Part shown: in pieces, positions 15,969-24,605 of the stretch | Layout of the letters: every line of letters begins with the position of its first letter | Numbering within the stretch: position 1 is the first letter of the stretch | Notes under the pieces: model-generated | What the model saw: only the letters and a program-made list of their open reading frames with translations | Told to the model about the DNA's origin: nothing | Databases searched by the model: none | Program-made: the position numbers and the translations under genes | Origin: Alphaproteobacteria bacterium | GTDB lineage: Bacteria; Pseudomonadota; Alphaproteobacteria; RF32; CAG-239 | NCBI GenBank assembly: GCA_017464685.1 | Contig: JAFTYO010000003.1 | Span: 8,137-72,136 of the forward strand | DNA: 64,000 nt | Direction: 5' to 3'

Positions 15969-16430
15969 ATGAGAAAATATTTTCTTTTATCTGCCGTAGC
16001 CATCATGGCTGCAACAAATGTAAATGCAACAACCGATTACGCAGAAATAACAGCTGAAGCAACCGTTAGTGTAGCAAAAGTATTACAATGTGCCAGCTAT
16101 ACCTTAAATATGGGAACTTTTACGATAAAAGAAGGCAATAATCCTATTGATATAATGGCTATGGATACTAGTAGCCCTTATTATGATTCTTCAGACATAA
16201 TCAATTTTGATATTCCTGAGACTAGTTATATATCCTGCTACGATGTAGATTTTTCAAGCGACTATGCCACATTTCCTAATAGAATTGATTTAACAGGAAC
16301 AACTCATAAACAAACTATACAAGCTTATTTATATGCTAGTGGAAGTGAAGTGCGTGGAATGCCCATTTTCCCTGCCGATGTTAAAGCTGATACTTACACC
16401 GGCTCATTCACCATAACATATACATATTAA
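15969..16430 (+). CDS. family copy 3: small secreted two-Cys beta-rich protein
   Basis: MRKYFLLSAVAIMAATNVNA signal peptide, two Cys, and C-terminal DTYTGSFTITYTY. The track ORF (15894) reads through the UTR, so the conserved ATG at 15969 is used. Confidence 0.8.
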   Translation: MRKYFLLSAVAIMAATNVNATTDYAEITAEATVSVAKVLQCASYTLNMGTFTIKEGNNPIDIMAMDTSSPYYDSSDIINFDIPETSYISCYDVDFSSDYATFPNRIDLTGTTHKQTIQAYLYASGSEVRGMPIFPADVKADTYTGSFTITYTY

Positions 16431-16440
16431 TCAAAACTTA

Positions 16441-16464
16441 CCGCCTCACAAGAGGCGGTTTTTT
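16441..16464 (+). terminator. intrinsic terminator of family copy 3
   Basis: CCGCCTC-ACAA-GAGGCGG followed by T6. Confidence 0.7.
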
Positions 16465-16528
16465 ATTGACATTTTTTATCATCTCTCATAAAACCGATTT
16501 AGCAAAAAAATTTAAGGACTTATACGAT

Positions 16529-16927
16529 ATGAACAAATATGAAGAACTGGTAAAAGAGTGTCACAAAGCAATGGAGCTTAGCATAGACGATGCTTATTCG
16601 GTTAATTTATTAACTTTAAGGCAAAAACTTATCAATGAAGAAACCGACGAGCTCAATGTTGAAATAAACACACTTATTGATGAGCTAAAAATTACAGGCA
16701 CAATTTTAAAAGAGACTAAGTTGAAGATGTTTAAAGAACTTGCTGATTTACAATATGTTTTAAGCGGTATGGTAGTAAGCCTCGGTATCCCAATGGAAGA
16801 AGTTTTTCAAAGAGTTCACAACAGCAATATGTCAAAACTTGTTGACGGCAAACCTCTAAAAAGAGCCGACGGTAAGTTTTTAAAAGGACCGAATTATAAA
16901 AAACCTGATTTATCCGATTTAGGATAG
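16529..16927 (+). CDS. MazG-like nucleoside triphosphate pyrophosphohydrolase domain protein
   Basis: All-alpha protein with EETDEL...ELADLQYVLSGM motifs typical of small MazG/dUTPase-like NTP-PPases. The ATG at 16529 is preferred over the TTG at 16466, which lies inside the upstream terminator. Confidence 0.55.
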   Translation: MNKYEELVKECHKAMELSIDDAYSVNLLTLRQKLINEETDELNVEINTLIDELKITGTILKETKLKMFKELADLQYVLSGMVVSLGIPMEEVFQRVHNSNMSKLVDGKPLKRADGKFLKGPNYKKPDLSDLG

Positions 16928-16958
16928 TTTTAAGGGGCAGTTTATACCGCCCCTTTTG

Positions 16959-19247
16959 TTATACGTTTTTCAAGCAAAGCACTCTGTATGTTCCGTCTTC
17001 TGAGACTTCCACACCATGTGTATCGTGCGTAAATCCTGCAAACTTTTTATCAAAAGCTTCCAAGGCTTTAAGATATTTTAACAATTTACCATCAATTGCT
17101 CCGGCATTTTCACCGGGCATTAATAAAGGAATTCCGGGCGGATAAGGAACAACAGATGTGGCAACCGTTTTGTTGGCCATTTCATCTAAGGTTAAGGCCT
17201 CAACATGATTTTTTACCAATTCTTCATATGTTTCAACCGGTGATAAATCAGGATGCGGTAATACCGAAAAAGCCTCTGCCATAGATTTTGTGGTTTGTAA
17301 CTCTTTCATCGCCGCAAACATTTCATTTGCCAAATCTTTTAAGCCCATATCTTTATAGTGTTTTTCATCGGCATGGTAAATCTTTGGCATAATACGGCTA
17401 ATACGGGTGTTGTTGTCATAATCTTGTTTAAACTCAAACATTGCGTTTAACAAAGTTCCCCATTTTCCTTTGGTAACACCAAGTGAGAACAAGAACAAAC
17501 AAGTAAAGTCAGTGGTTTTTTCTACCACAATTCCTTTGTTATCAAGATAAGCAGTCAACAAAGCTGCCGGAATTCCCCAATCGGCAAGTGTGGAATCGGG
17601 CATAACACCTGGGGTCGTTACCGAAACTTTTATCGGGTCTAACATACAATAGCCGTCTTCAATGTCGCCAAAGCCGTGCCATATATCATTCGGATGTAAA
17701 ACCCAACAATCCGGATTTGTAATCAAAAGTTCGTCATCAGCTTCAAAAAATAACACTTTTTCACCGTTTGGTGTTCTTATCATCGGTGGTTGCCATATAT
17801 TAAAGAACCAATCGTTGTTTGATGTTTTTTCATTGTGGATACGAGCAACTGTTTTTCTGAAACTTACAGCTTCTCTTATGGACATTTCGGTTAAAGTTAA
17901 ACCTCCTTTATTGTCCATCATGGCTGCACTTATATCATTTGAAGCAATAATGGCATAAAATGGTGATGTTGATGAGTGCATCATCAAAGATTCATTAAAT
18001 CTTTCATGACTGATGGAGTTTTTACCATCTAAGATATGTATCATTGAAGCTTGTGAAAAGGCAGCCAAAAGCTTATGCGTTGATTGTGTTGCAAAAATTG
18101 TCGGCTCATTTTTAGAATATGTTTTTGGGTTATAACACATTGCATATCTGTTTTCATACATCGGGTTAAACCTTGCATAACCATACCATGCCTCATCAAA
18201 ATGAAGCCTGTCAACACTTTGTTTTAATAAGTTTTTGACTGTGGTAACATTGTAACACAATCCGTCATAAGTTGAGTTTGTAATAATTGCATGACGAGGA
18301 GTGTGATTTATCCCTTCTTTAACAAGCGGATTTTCTTGTATGCTTTTATCTATGGCTTCTTTGGTCAACCGATTGGACAAAATTGGGCCGATAATTCCAT
18401 ATTGGTTGCGTGACGGCACCATATAGGTCGGAATTGCCCCCGATAATGTCATTGCATGTTCAACCGATTTATGGCAGTTTCGGTCACACAAACAAATGTC
18501 GTTTCTGGTTACACTTGCCATTAAGATAATGCGATTTGAAGTTGAAGAACCATTGGTTACATGGTAACTTCTGGTGGAGTTAAAAACCTCGGCCATATAT
18601 TTTTCACTTTCTCCGATTGGCCCCGAATGGTCAAGCATTGAGCCCAATTCGCCAACCGAAATTGACAAGTCGGAACGAAAAATTTGTTCGCCGAAAAAGT
18701 TAAAAAAGTCTCTTCCAGCAGCCGATTTTAAAAAGGCCGTTCCGCCGGTATGACCTGGAGTGTGCCAAGAATATTCGTGTACTTTGGCAAATTTTGCTAA
18801 GGCTTTAAACATCGGCGGTAAAATAAATTTACGATATCTTTCAATGGAAGCCTGAATGCGTCCGCTGATAAATTCCAGTGTGTCTTCCAAAAGCCATATA
18901 AAATCGCTGACTTTATCTAATATGTTTGCCGGAATTTGTGATGCCATATTACGGCTTGACATTATGTATATCGGAACCCCTGAATTATGTTCTCTGATAT
19001 ATTCAAGTGTGGAAAATGTATTGGCACATTTGTTGCATTCAACCCCAATTAAAACACATTGAATGCTCGGGTCAGAATAAAATATGGCTCTGGCATCTTC
19101 CAAATTATCGGCAATTATGATGTTTGAGCCCTCTGTTTCCAAATCTTCTTTTAGTTTTCTTACCGCCCTTGAAGCTGCATTCTCGGCTCCTAAATTGTCA
19201 TAGACGAGCAAGATTTTAACTTCAAACGGATTTTTTACATCTATCAT
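16959..19247 (-). CDS. adiA: large PLP-dependent Orn/Lys/Arg decarboxylase, most similar to biodegradative arginine decarboxylase AdiA
   Basis: 762 aa with an N-terminal wing domain. Motifs are HTPGHTGG, SLGSML-type DHSGPIGESEKY, DRNCHKSVEH and YMVPSRNQYGIIGPI, which match what I recall of AdiA better than CadA or SpeF. The PLP lysine lies in STHKLL. Confidence 0.7.
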   Translation of the reverse strand: MIDVKNPFEVKILLVYDNLGAENAASRAVRKLKEDLETEGSNIIIADNLEDARAIFYSDPSIQCVLIGVECNKCANTFSTLEYIREHNSGVPIYIMSSRNMASQIPANILDKVSDFIWLLEDTLEFISGRIQASIERYRKFILPPMFKALAKFAKVHEYSWHTPGHTGGTAFLKSAAGRDFFNFFGEQIFRSDLSISVGELGSMLDHSGPIGESEKYMAEVFNSTRSYHVTNGSSTSNRIILMASVTRNDICLCDRNCHKSVEHAMTLSGAIPTYMVPSRNQYGIIGPILSNRLTKEAIDKSIQENPLVKEGINHTPRHAIITNSTYDGLCYNVTTVKNLLKQSVDRLHFDEAWYGYARFNPMYENRYAMCYNPKTYSKNEPTIFATQSTHKLLAAFSQASMIHILDGKNSISHERFNESLMMHSSTSPFYAIIASNDISAAMMDNKGGLTLTEMSIREAVSFRKTVARIHNEKTSNNDWFFNIWQPPMIRTPNGEKVLFFEADDELLITNPDCWVLHPNDIWHGFGDIEDGYCMLDPIKVSVTTPGVMPDSTLADWGIPAALLTAYLDNKGIVVEKTTDFTCLFLFSLGVTKGKWGTLLNAMFEFKQDYDNNTRISRIMPKIYHADEKHYKDMGLKDLANEMFAAMKELQTTKSMAEAFSVLPHPDLSPVETYEELVKNHVEALTLDEMANKTVATSVVPYPPGIPLLMPGENAGAIDGKLLKYLKALEAFDKKFAGFTHDTHGVEVSEDGTYRVLCLKNV

Positions 19248-19268
19248 TTGTTTCTCCTATTGTTATCA

Positions 19269-20744
19269 TTAACCTAAAGTATCCGAGTGTTCTACAGTCG
19301 GGAAGTGGCTCTTAAATCTTTGAACCAAATCGTGGTCATCGGCAAATGAAATCCAGAACATAATAACCATTGCCGCAACCGTAATTATTAATACCATATA
19401 TCTTACCCAAGCCGGTACAACACAGTGTATGCGTTTGTCGTGGTCTTTTAACTCCCATATTCGGTTATCGGCCAGTTCGTAGAAAATAACCGTTGAAATA
19501 ACAAACATCAAAGCCCATCTGGTTTGTTCGGGGTCCGAGCCTATCATTGCCGCCATCGAATAAAACGCTGCCACCAAGCCGACAAGCATATAAAATATAC
19601 CCTGATTTGCGCTCATTCGTTCACGGCCTAAAATTTTGATAGCGACCGATGAATATATGTAAGGCAACAATGTCATAATGACGGCAATTGAAGCAATTTT
19701 ACCAAATTGTTCCGATGCGGTCGGAGACATGGTAGCCAAAACCTGAACTGTCATAATACCGGCCACAATTGCCAAACCTGCTGCGGGTACATCTTTTTTG
19801 TTGGTACAAGCAAACACTTTACCGAATAAGCCGTCTTCAGCCGCAGCTTTTGCGGTTTGTCCGACAAGAAGTGTCCAACCGCCAAGTGAACCCAAACAAC
19901 CGATGGCGGCACATAATGCCACAATATCTCCGGCCTTTTGCCCAAGCGCTATACTGACAGCTTGCGAAAATGGAGCCGAAGATGAAATCAGTTCTTTACT
20001 TGGTATAATACCCATAATGGCAGAAGAACTTAAAACATAGCAAAGGGCAGCCAAAATTACACCGCAAACTGTGGCTATAGGCACATTTTTTGCCGGATTT
20101 TTTACAACGGCGGTGGAAACGGAAGCACTTTCAACTCCGATAAAGGCCCATAAGGTAAAATTTAAGGTCATACCGATTGCACTCATATCACTTTTTCCGG
20201 TAACATTCCACCCTTCCATATATGTTTCGGCATTAAACCAAAACCACCCGAAAATCGCCATTCCGACAATAGGTACAAGTGCCAAAGATGTGGTTGCACT
20301 TTGAATACGACCGACAACTTTTGGACCCAAAATATTGGCATAAGTAAAAAACCAAATTACGGCTATTTGAGCAAATGCCATAATTAAAGGGTCGTTTAAT
20401 GAGGGGAAAAAAGTTGTTAAATAGCCAAGTCCTGCAACGGCTAAACCAACATTTCCCACTACATTTGCCAGCCAATATACAAGGTTTGTCTGGTATCCCA
20501 TATAATTTCCGAAAGCCCCTTTTGCATAAGCATAAGGTCCGCCGTCAGCAGTGTAAATCTGCGTCAGCTTTGAAAACACAAGCGCCAAAGCAATGGCTCC
20601 GACAATGGTAATCAGCCACCCGAAAATGGCAATTGAGCCGATGGCCGCCAAATTTGCCGGCAACATAAAAACACCGGAGCCCATCATATTTCCGGCTACA
20701 AGCATTGTTGCCGGAATAAGTCCGATTTTATTACTTTCATCCAT
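19269..20744 (-). CDS. adiC: APA-family basic amino acid/amine antiporter (AdiC-like) with a ~50-aa C-terminal extension
   Basis: IGLIPATMLVAGNMMGSGVFMLPANLA, GVESASV, KNPAKNVPIAT and CLGSLGGWTLLVGQTAKAAAEDGLF closely resemble AdiC/PotE/CadB. GGAG lies 8 nt before the ATG at 20744. Confidence 0.7.
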   Translation of the reverse strand: MDESNKIGLIPATMLVAGNMMGSGVFMLPANLAAIGSIAIFGWLITIVGAIALALVFSKLTQIYTADGGPYAYAKGAFGNYMGYQTNLVYWLANVVGNVGLAVAGLGYLTTFFPSLNDPLIMAFAQIAVIWFFTYANILGPKVVGRIQSATTSLALVPIVGMAIFGWFWFNAETYMEGWNVTGKSDMSAIGMTLNFTLWAFIGVESASVSTAVVKNPAKNVPIATVCGVILAALCYVLSSSAIMGIIPSKELISSSAPFSQAVSIALGQKAGDIVALCAAIGCLGSLGGWTLLVGQTAKAAAEDGLFGKVFACTNKKDVPAAGLAIVAGIMTVQVLATMSPTASEQFGKIASIAVIMTLLPYIYSSVAIKILGRERMSANQGIFYMLVGLVAAFYSMAAMIGSDPEQTRWALMFVISTVIFYELADNRIWELKDHDKRIHCVVPAWVRYMVLIITVAAMVIMFWISFADDHDLVQRFKSHFPTVEHSDTLG

Positions 20745-20843
20745 AATTTTTCTCCGAAATATCAATTAATGGTAATTTATCTAATCGGTAAAACTGAATT
20801 TACAATATTGCCTTAATGGTTTTTTTGCGCTAGAGTGTGGCTT

Positions 20844-21604
20844 ATGAAAAAAATATGTATGTTGTGTTTTGTTTGGTTTGGTTTGGTTTAATGTTTCTTG
20901 TGGGCATAATATTATGCCACCGGACGGTTTTATGTATAAGAAAATTATAACCGATACTTTTACACTATACTCCTATCAAAAAATAACCAATACGCAAAGC
21001 CTTGTTAAACTTTATATTGAGGGTGACGGTCATGCTTTTAATTTTCATGGGCAACCTTCTGCCGACCCGACTCCTAAATCGGATTTTTTAAAAAATATTG
21101 CATTTAAGGATACAAATCCGAATGTAGTATATTTAGCAAGGCCTTGCCAATATATTTTAGATAAAAATCCCATATGCTCAAAAGGCATTGGACAAGTGCT
21201 CGTTTTGCCCCTGAAATAATTCGTTCCACTGCTGAGGCCATTAAACAAATTGCCAATCGCAATGAGGTGATTTTAATCGGCTTTTCGGGTGGGGCACAGG
21301 TTGCAGGTTTAGTCCGGATATTAATATTGAAAAAATCATTACCGTTGCCGGAAATCTTGACCATATGGCTTGGACACAATATCATAATTTGCCGGCTTTA
21401 TCAGAGTCTTTAAACTTAGAAAATTATCGTCAGATTTTTGCACAAATACCTCAATTACATTATGTTGGTAAAAAAGATAAAAATATTACACCCGAATTGA
21501 TGAAAAATTTTGTAAAAAATAAAAGCCTCATTATTGAGATTAATGAGGCTTCACATAACTACGGTTGGGGAAAAATTATCCCCGATATTGTGGCTGAAAA
21601 CTAA
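20844..21604 (+). pseudogene. frameshifted alpha/beta-hydrolase (probable lipoprotein) pseudogene
   Basis: The ATG at 20844 opens MKKICMLCFVWFGLV*. The body continues in three different frames (20869-21219, 21174-21413, 21365-21604). Together they read one protein with ILIGFSGGAQVAG (GxSxG) and a C-terminal SHNYGW. Confidence 0.7.
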
Positions 21605-22365
21605 ATTTCATCATCAAAATCGTCATCAAAAACATCATCTTGAGAGGTTTCTTCCAAAAGTAGTGTTTCATCTTCAATCGTTTCTGATTTTCTACGTCGG
21701 CCTCGTTGTTTTTTTTGCGGAGTTATCCGATTGACCACATCTAATATATAGTTACCGGATACTTTATATAAATCAACTAAATGATTGTTATACATATGGT
21801 CACCTTCTTCAATCAAGGCATAGTCTACATCAACATGTCGTTGCATATTAAGTCTTTTTGCCAAAGATGTAACCATTGCCGGATTGCCAATTTCATCAGC
21901 TCCGCCTTGAATAATCAGCCCTGAAGCGGGACAAGGCGCCAAAAAGCTAAAATCTTTCTCGTTAGCCGGTGGTGAAACAGCAATAAAATTATTAATATCC
22001 GGTCTGCGCATTAAAAGTTGCAGAGCAATCCAAGAACCAAAAGAATAACCGGCAATCCAACATTGGCGAGCATCAGGATTGTGATGTTGCAACCAATCAA
22101 GAGCAGCGCTTGCATCAGAAAGTTCGCCGGGGCCGTCTTCAAATGTACCTTGTGAACGACCGACACTTCTGAAATTAAAACGCAACACTGAAAAGCCCAA
22201 GTCACGAAAACAACTGAACAATGTGTAAACAACTTTGTTGTTCATTGTGCCGCCATATTGCGGGTGCGGATGCAAAATTAAAGCAACCGGAGCATCAGGG
22301 CGCTCCCCCTTATGATAACGACCTTCCAAACGACCGGCATGACCGTTAAATAAAACTTCTACCAT
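21601..22365 (-). CDS. alpha/beta hydrolase with a basic-then-acidic C-terminal tail
   Basis: HPHPQYGGTM, nucleophile elbow GYSFGS and catalytic-type EGDHMY. The tail is QKKQRGRRRKSE...DDVFDDDFDDEI. Confidence 0.7.
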   Translation of the reverse strand: MVEVLFNGHAGRLEGRYHKGERPDAPVALILHPHPQYGGTMNNKVVYTLFSCFRDLGFSVLRFNFRSVGRSQGTFEDGPGELSDASAALDWLQHHNPDARQCWIAGYSFGSWIALQLLMRRPDINNFIAVSPPANEKDFSFLAPCPASGLIIQGGADEIGNPAMVTSLAKRLNMQRHVDVDYALIEEGDHMYNNHLVDLYKVSGNYILDVVNRITPQKKQRGRRRKSETIEDETLLLEETSQDDVFDDDFDDEI

Positions 22366-22465
22366 TTTATGTTCTCTTCTTTTTTATTATTCATTTACCA
22401 TTTTTAAGTATTATATCATTATCTTAGATAATAAATTATTAATTTTAAGGGGAATATAGCATAAA

Positions 22466-23146
22466 ATGAAAACAAAAAACAAGTCTTTAATTTTTGATGA
22501 TTTGCAAGCAGTAGTTTTGCGTGATCCTGCAACTGCCTCAAAGTTTCAGGCAGTTGTTTTTTCAAGCGGATTTCATGCTGTTTGTTTGCATCGTATGAAT
22601 CATTGGTTATGGAACAAAGGGTTTAAATTTGTAGCAAAATTATCAGCTCTGATTGCTCGATTTTTTACAGGTGTAGAAATTCATCCGAATGCAAAAATCG
22701 GCAAAGGTTTTTTCATTGATCACGGTATGGGAGTTGTTATTGGTGAAACTGCCGAAATCGGAGATAATGTAACATTGTATCACGATGTAACTTTGGGCGG
22801 CACAACGGTTTTTAGTAAAGATGGCAAAGTTATGAGCAAACGCCATCCAACCATCGGTAATAATGTAATTATCGGTTCGGGAGCACAAGTTTTGGGACCG
22901 ATTAAGATAGGTAACAATGTTAAAATAGGTTCAAACGCTGTTGTGGTAAAAGATGTTGCAGCTAATTTGACTGTTGTTGGTGTGCCGGCGCATTCTACCG
23001 AATCGAAAATAAACAAACAAAAAACATTTTGCGCTTATGGTATGGATAAAAACTTATCCGACCCCGTTGACGAAGATATAAAAAAGCTGCAAATACAGAT
23101 TAAACATCTGCAAGAAGAACTTGAACACTTAAAAAATAAGTTATAA
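22466..23146 (+). CDS. cysE: serine O-acetyltransferase
   Basis: Hexapeptide-repeat core ([44 protein letters not shown]). C-terminal coiled-coil extension. Confidence 0.8.
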   Translation: MKTKNKSLIFDDLQAVVLRDPATASKFQAVVFSSGFHAVCLHRMNHWLWNKGFKFVAKLSALIARFFTGVEIHPNAKIGKGFFIDHGMGVVIGETAEIGDNVTLYHDVTLGGTTVFSKDGKVMSKRHPTIGNNVIIGSGAQVLGPIKIGNNVKIGSNAVVVKDVAANLTVVGVPAHSTESKINKQKTFCAYGMDKNLSDPVDEDIKKLQIQIKHLQEELEHLKNKL

Positions 23147-23223
23147 AATGAAACAATATTGTAACTATTATTTTTTGAAAATATGTGCTATAATATAAAA
23201 TATAATAAGTTAGGAGACCGGTT

Positions 23224-23841
23224 ATGATTAAGAATTATTCCTTATGTGCTGCTTTGAGCGTTATGTTTTATGCGAGTTTTTCGTTTGCTCAATTGCCGGC
23301 TAATCCTTGGGTGCCACAAGCTCCGTCTCCTAATGACGGATATTTCGGAGAAGATATCGGTAATTCCACTCAAGGTTCAGATGTGGTCAATGCACCTGTT
23401 TACAATCAGGGACCTACAGGAGGGGATATATTACCGGTTGACCCGTGGGCCAGAGCCAGAGACAGAAGTGGTGTCAGAACTTGGCGCGGGAGCGGGCAAC
23501 ATGGAAAGTTAAATTATATCGGTGAAGCCACAACTTATACCACTGCATCAGGTCAAGAGATGATAGCTCCTGAAGTAAATCGTCATAATATGATTGTAAT
23601 GTTAGACCACTTAAGAAATATGGGCTATATAATTCCGGAAAGTTACAATGATAAAATTAAGGCCATGCCGAGCGAATATAAAGAAACATTAACTCAAGCA
23701 ATGTCAGATGTTACCGATAATAGCGGCGATGACCCATTAAGTTTGATGTTCACGAATGTTTATAATATCTTTCAAGATTACAGCGGACTTGATTTTAATA
23801 ATATCTTGATGAACACAATGGATATTTTAAGCACTGACTAA
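23224..23841 (+). CDS. hypothetical secreted protein
   Basis: Signal peptide (ALSVMFYASFSFA). No recognised domain. Ends 4 nt before the next gene. Confidence 0.5.
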   Translation: MIKNYSLCAALSVMFYASFSFAQLPANPWVPQAPSPNDGYFGEDIGNSTQGSDVVNAPVYNQGPTGGDILPVDPWARARDRSGVRTWRGSGQHGKLNYIGEATTYTTASGQEMIAPEVNRHNMIVMLDHLRNMGYIIPESYNDKIKAMPSEYKETLTQAMSDVTDNSGDDPLSLMFTNVYNIFQDYSGLDFNNILMNTMDILSTD

Positions 23842-23845
23842 ATTT

Positions 23846-24583
23846 ATGAGTACTGTTTATATCAATCAACCGGTGATTATATTGGTAAAACCGCAAATGG
23901 CTGAGAACGTGGGTATGACTGCACGTGCAATGATGAATTGCGGATTGTATAATTTGCGTCTTGTTTGTCCCAGAGAAAACCATTTATCACAAATTGCCGT
24001 GAGAGCTTCCTCAGGCGCTGAAAAAATTTTACAAAATGCCAAAGTTTATAATTCTACCATTGAAGCGATTGCCGATTTAACAGACGTTTATGCCACAACG
24101 GCTCGGCGCAGAAACCAAATCAAAACAATATTTACAGCAGAAAAAGCTGCATCAAATATGTTCAAAAACATCAAAAACGGAGCAAATTGTGGAATTTTGT
24201 TTGGTCCTGAAAGAACAGGCCTTGAAAATGATGATATATCACTTGCTAAAGCTATTGTGGAAATTCCGCTAAATCCGGAACACACTTCACTTAATTTGTC
24301 GCAGGCAGTGTTGCTTGTAGGATATGAGTGGTTTAAAACTCAAATAGATGTATCGGGTGAAGAATTTGTAACCAATGCAACCCACTTAGCCACTAATGAA
24401 CAACTGATGAAGTTTTTTGACTTTTGGGAAAATAAATTAATTGATTATAAAAATCTTGCTGATGAGCAAAAAAAAACCATATTGTTACGCAACTTACATA
24501 ACATTTTTACTCGCAACCGAATGACTGAACAAGAACTAAACAGCTTGTATGGAATCATTAATTATTTAGTAAAAAATAAATAA
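23846..24583 (+). CDS. trmJ: SpoU/TrmH-family RNA 2'-O-methyltransferase (TrmJ-like)
   Basis: ILVKPQMAENVGMTARAMMNCG, ILFGPERTGL and SLNLSQAV motifs of SPOUT methyltransferases. Confidence 0.7.
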   Translation: MSTVYINQPVIILVKPQMAENVGMTARAMMNCGLYNLRLVCPRENHLSQIAVRASSGAEKILQNAKVYNSTIEAIADLTDVYATTARRRNQIKTIFTAEKAASNMFKNIKNGANCGILFGPERTGLENDDISLAKAIVEIPLNPEHTSLNLSQAVLLVGYEWFKTQIDVSGEEFVTNATHLATNEQLMKFFDFWENKLIDYKNLADEQKKTILLRNLHNIFTRNRMTEQELNSLYGIINYLVKNK

Positions 24584-24605
24584 TTGGTTATATCTCATTT
24601 TTATA

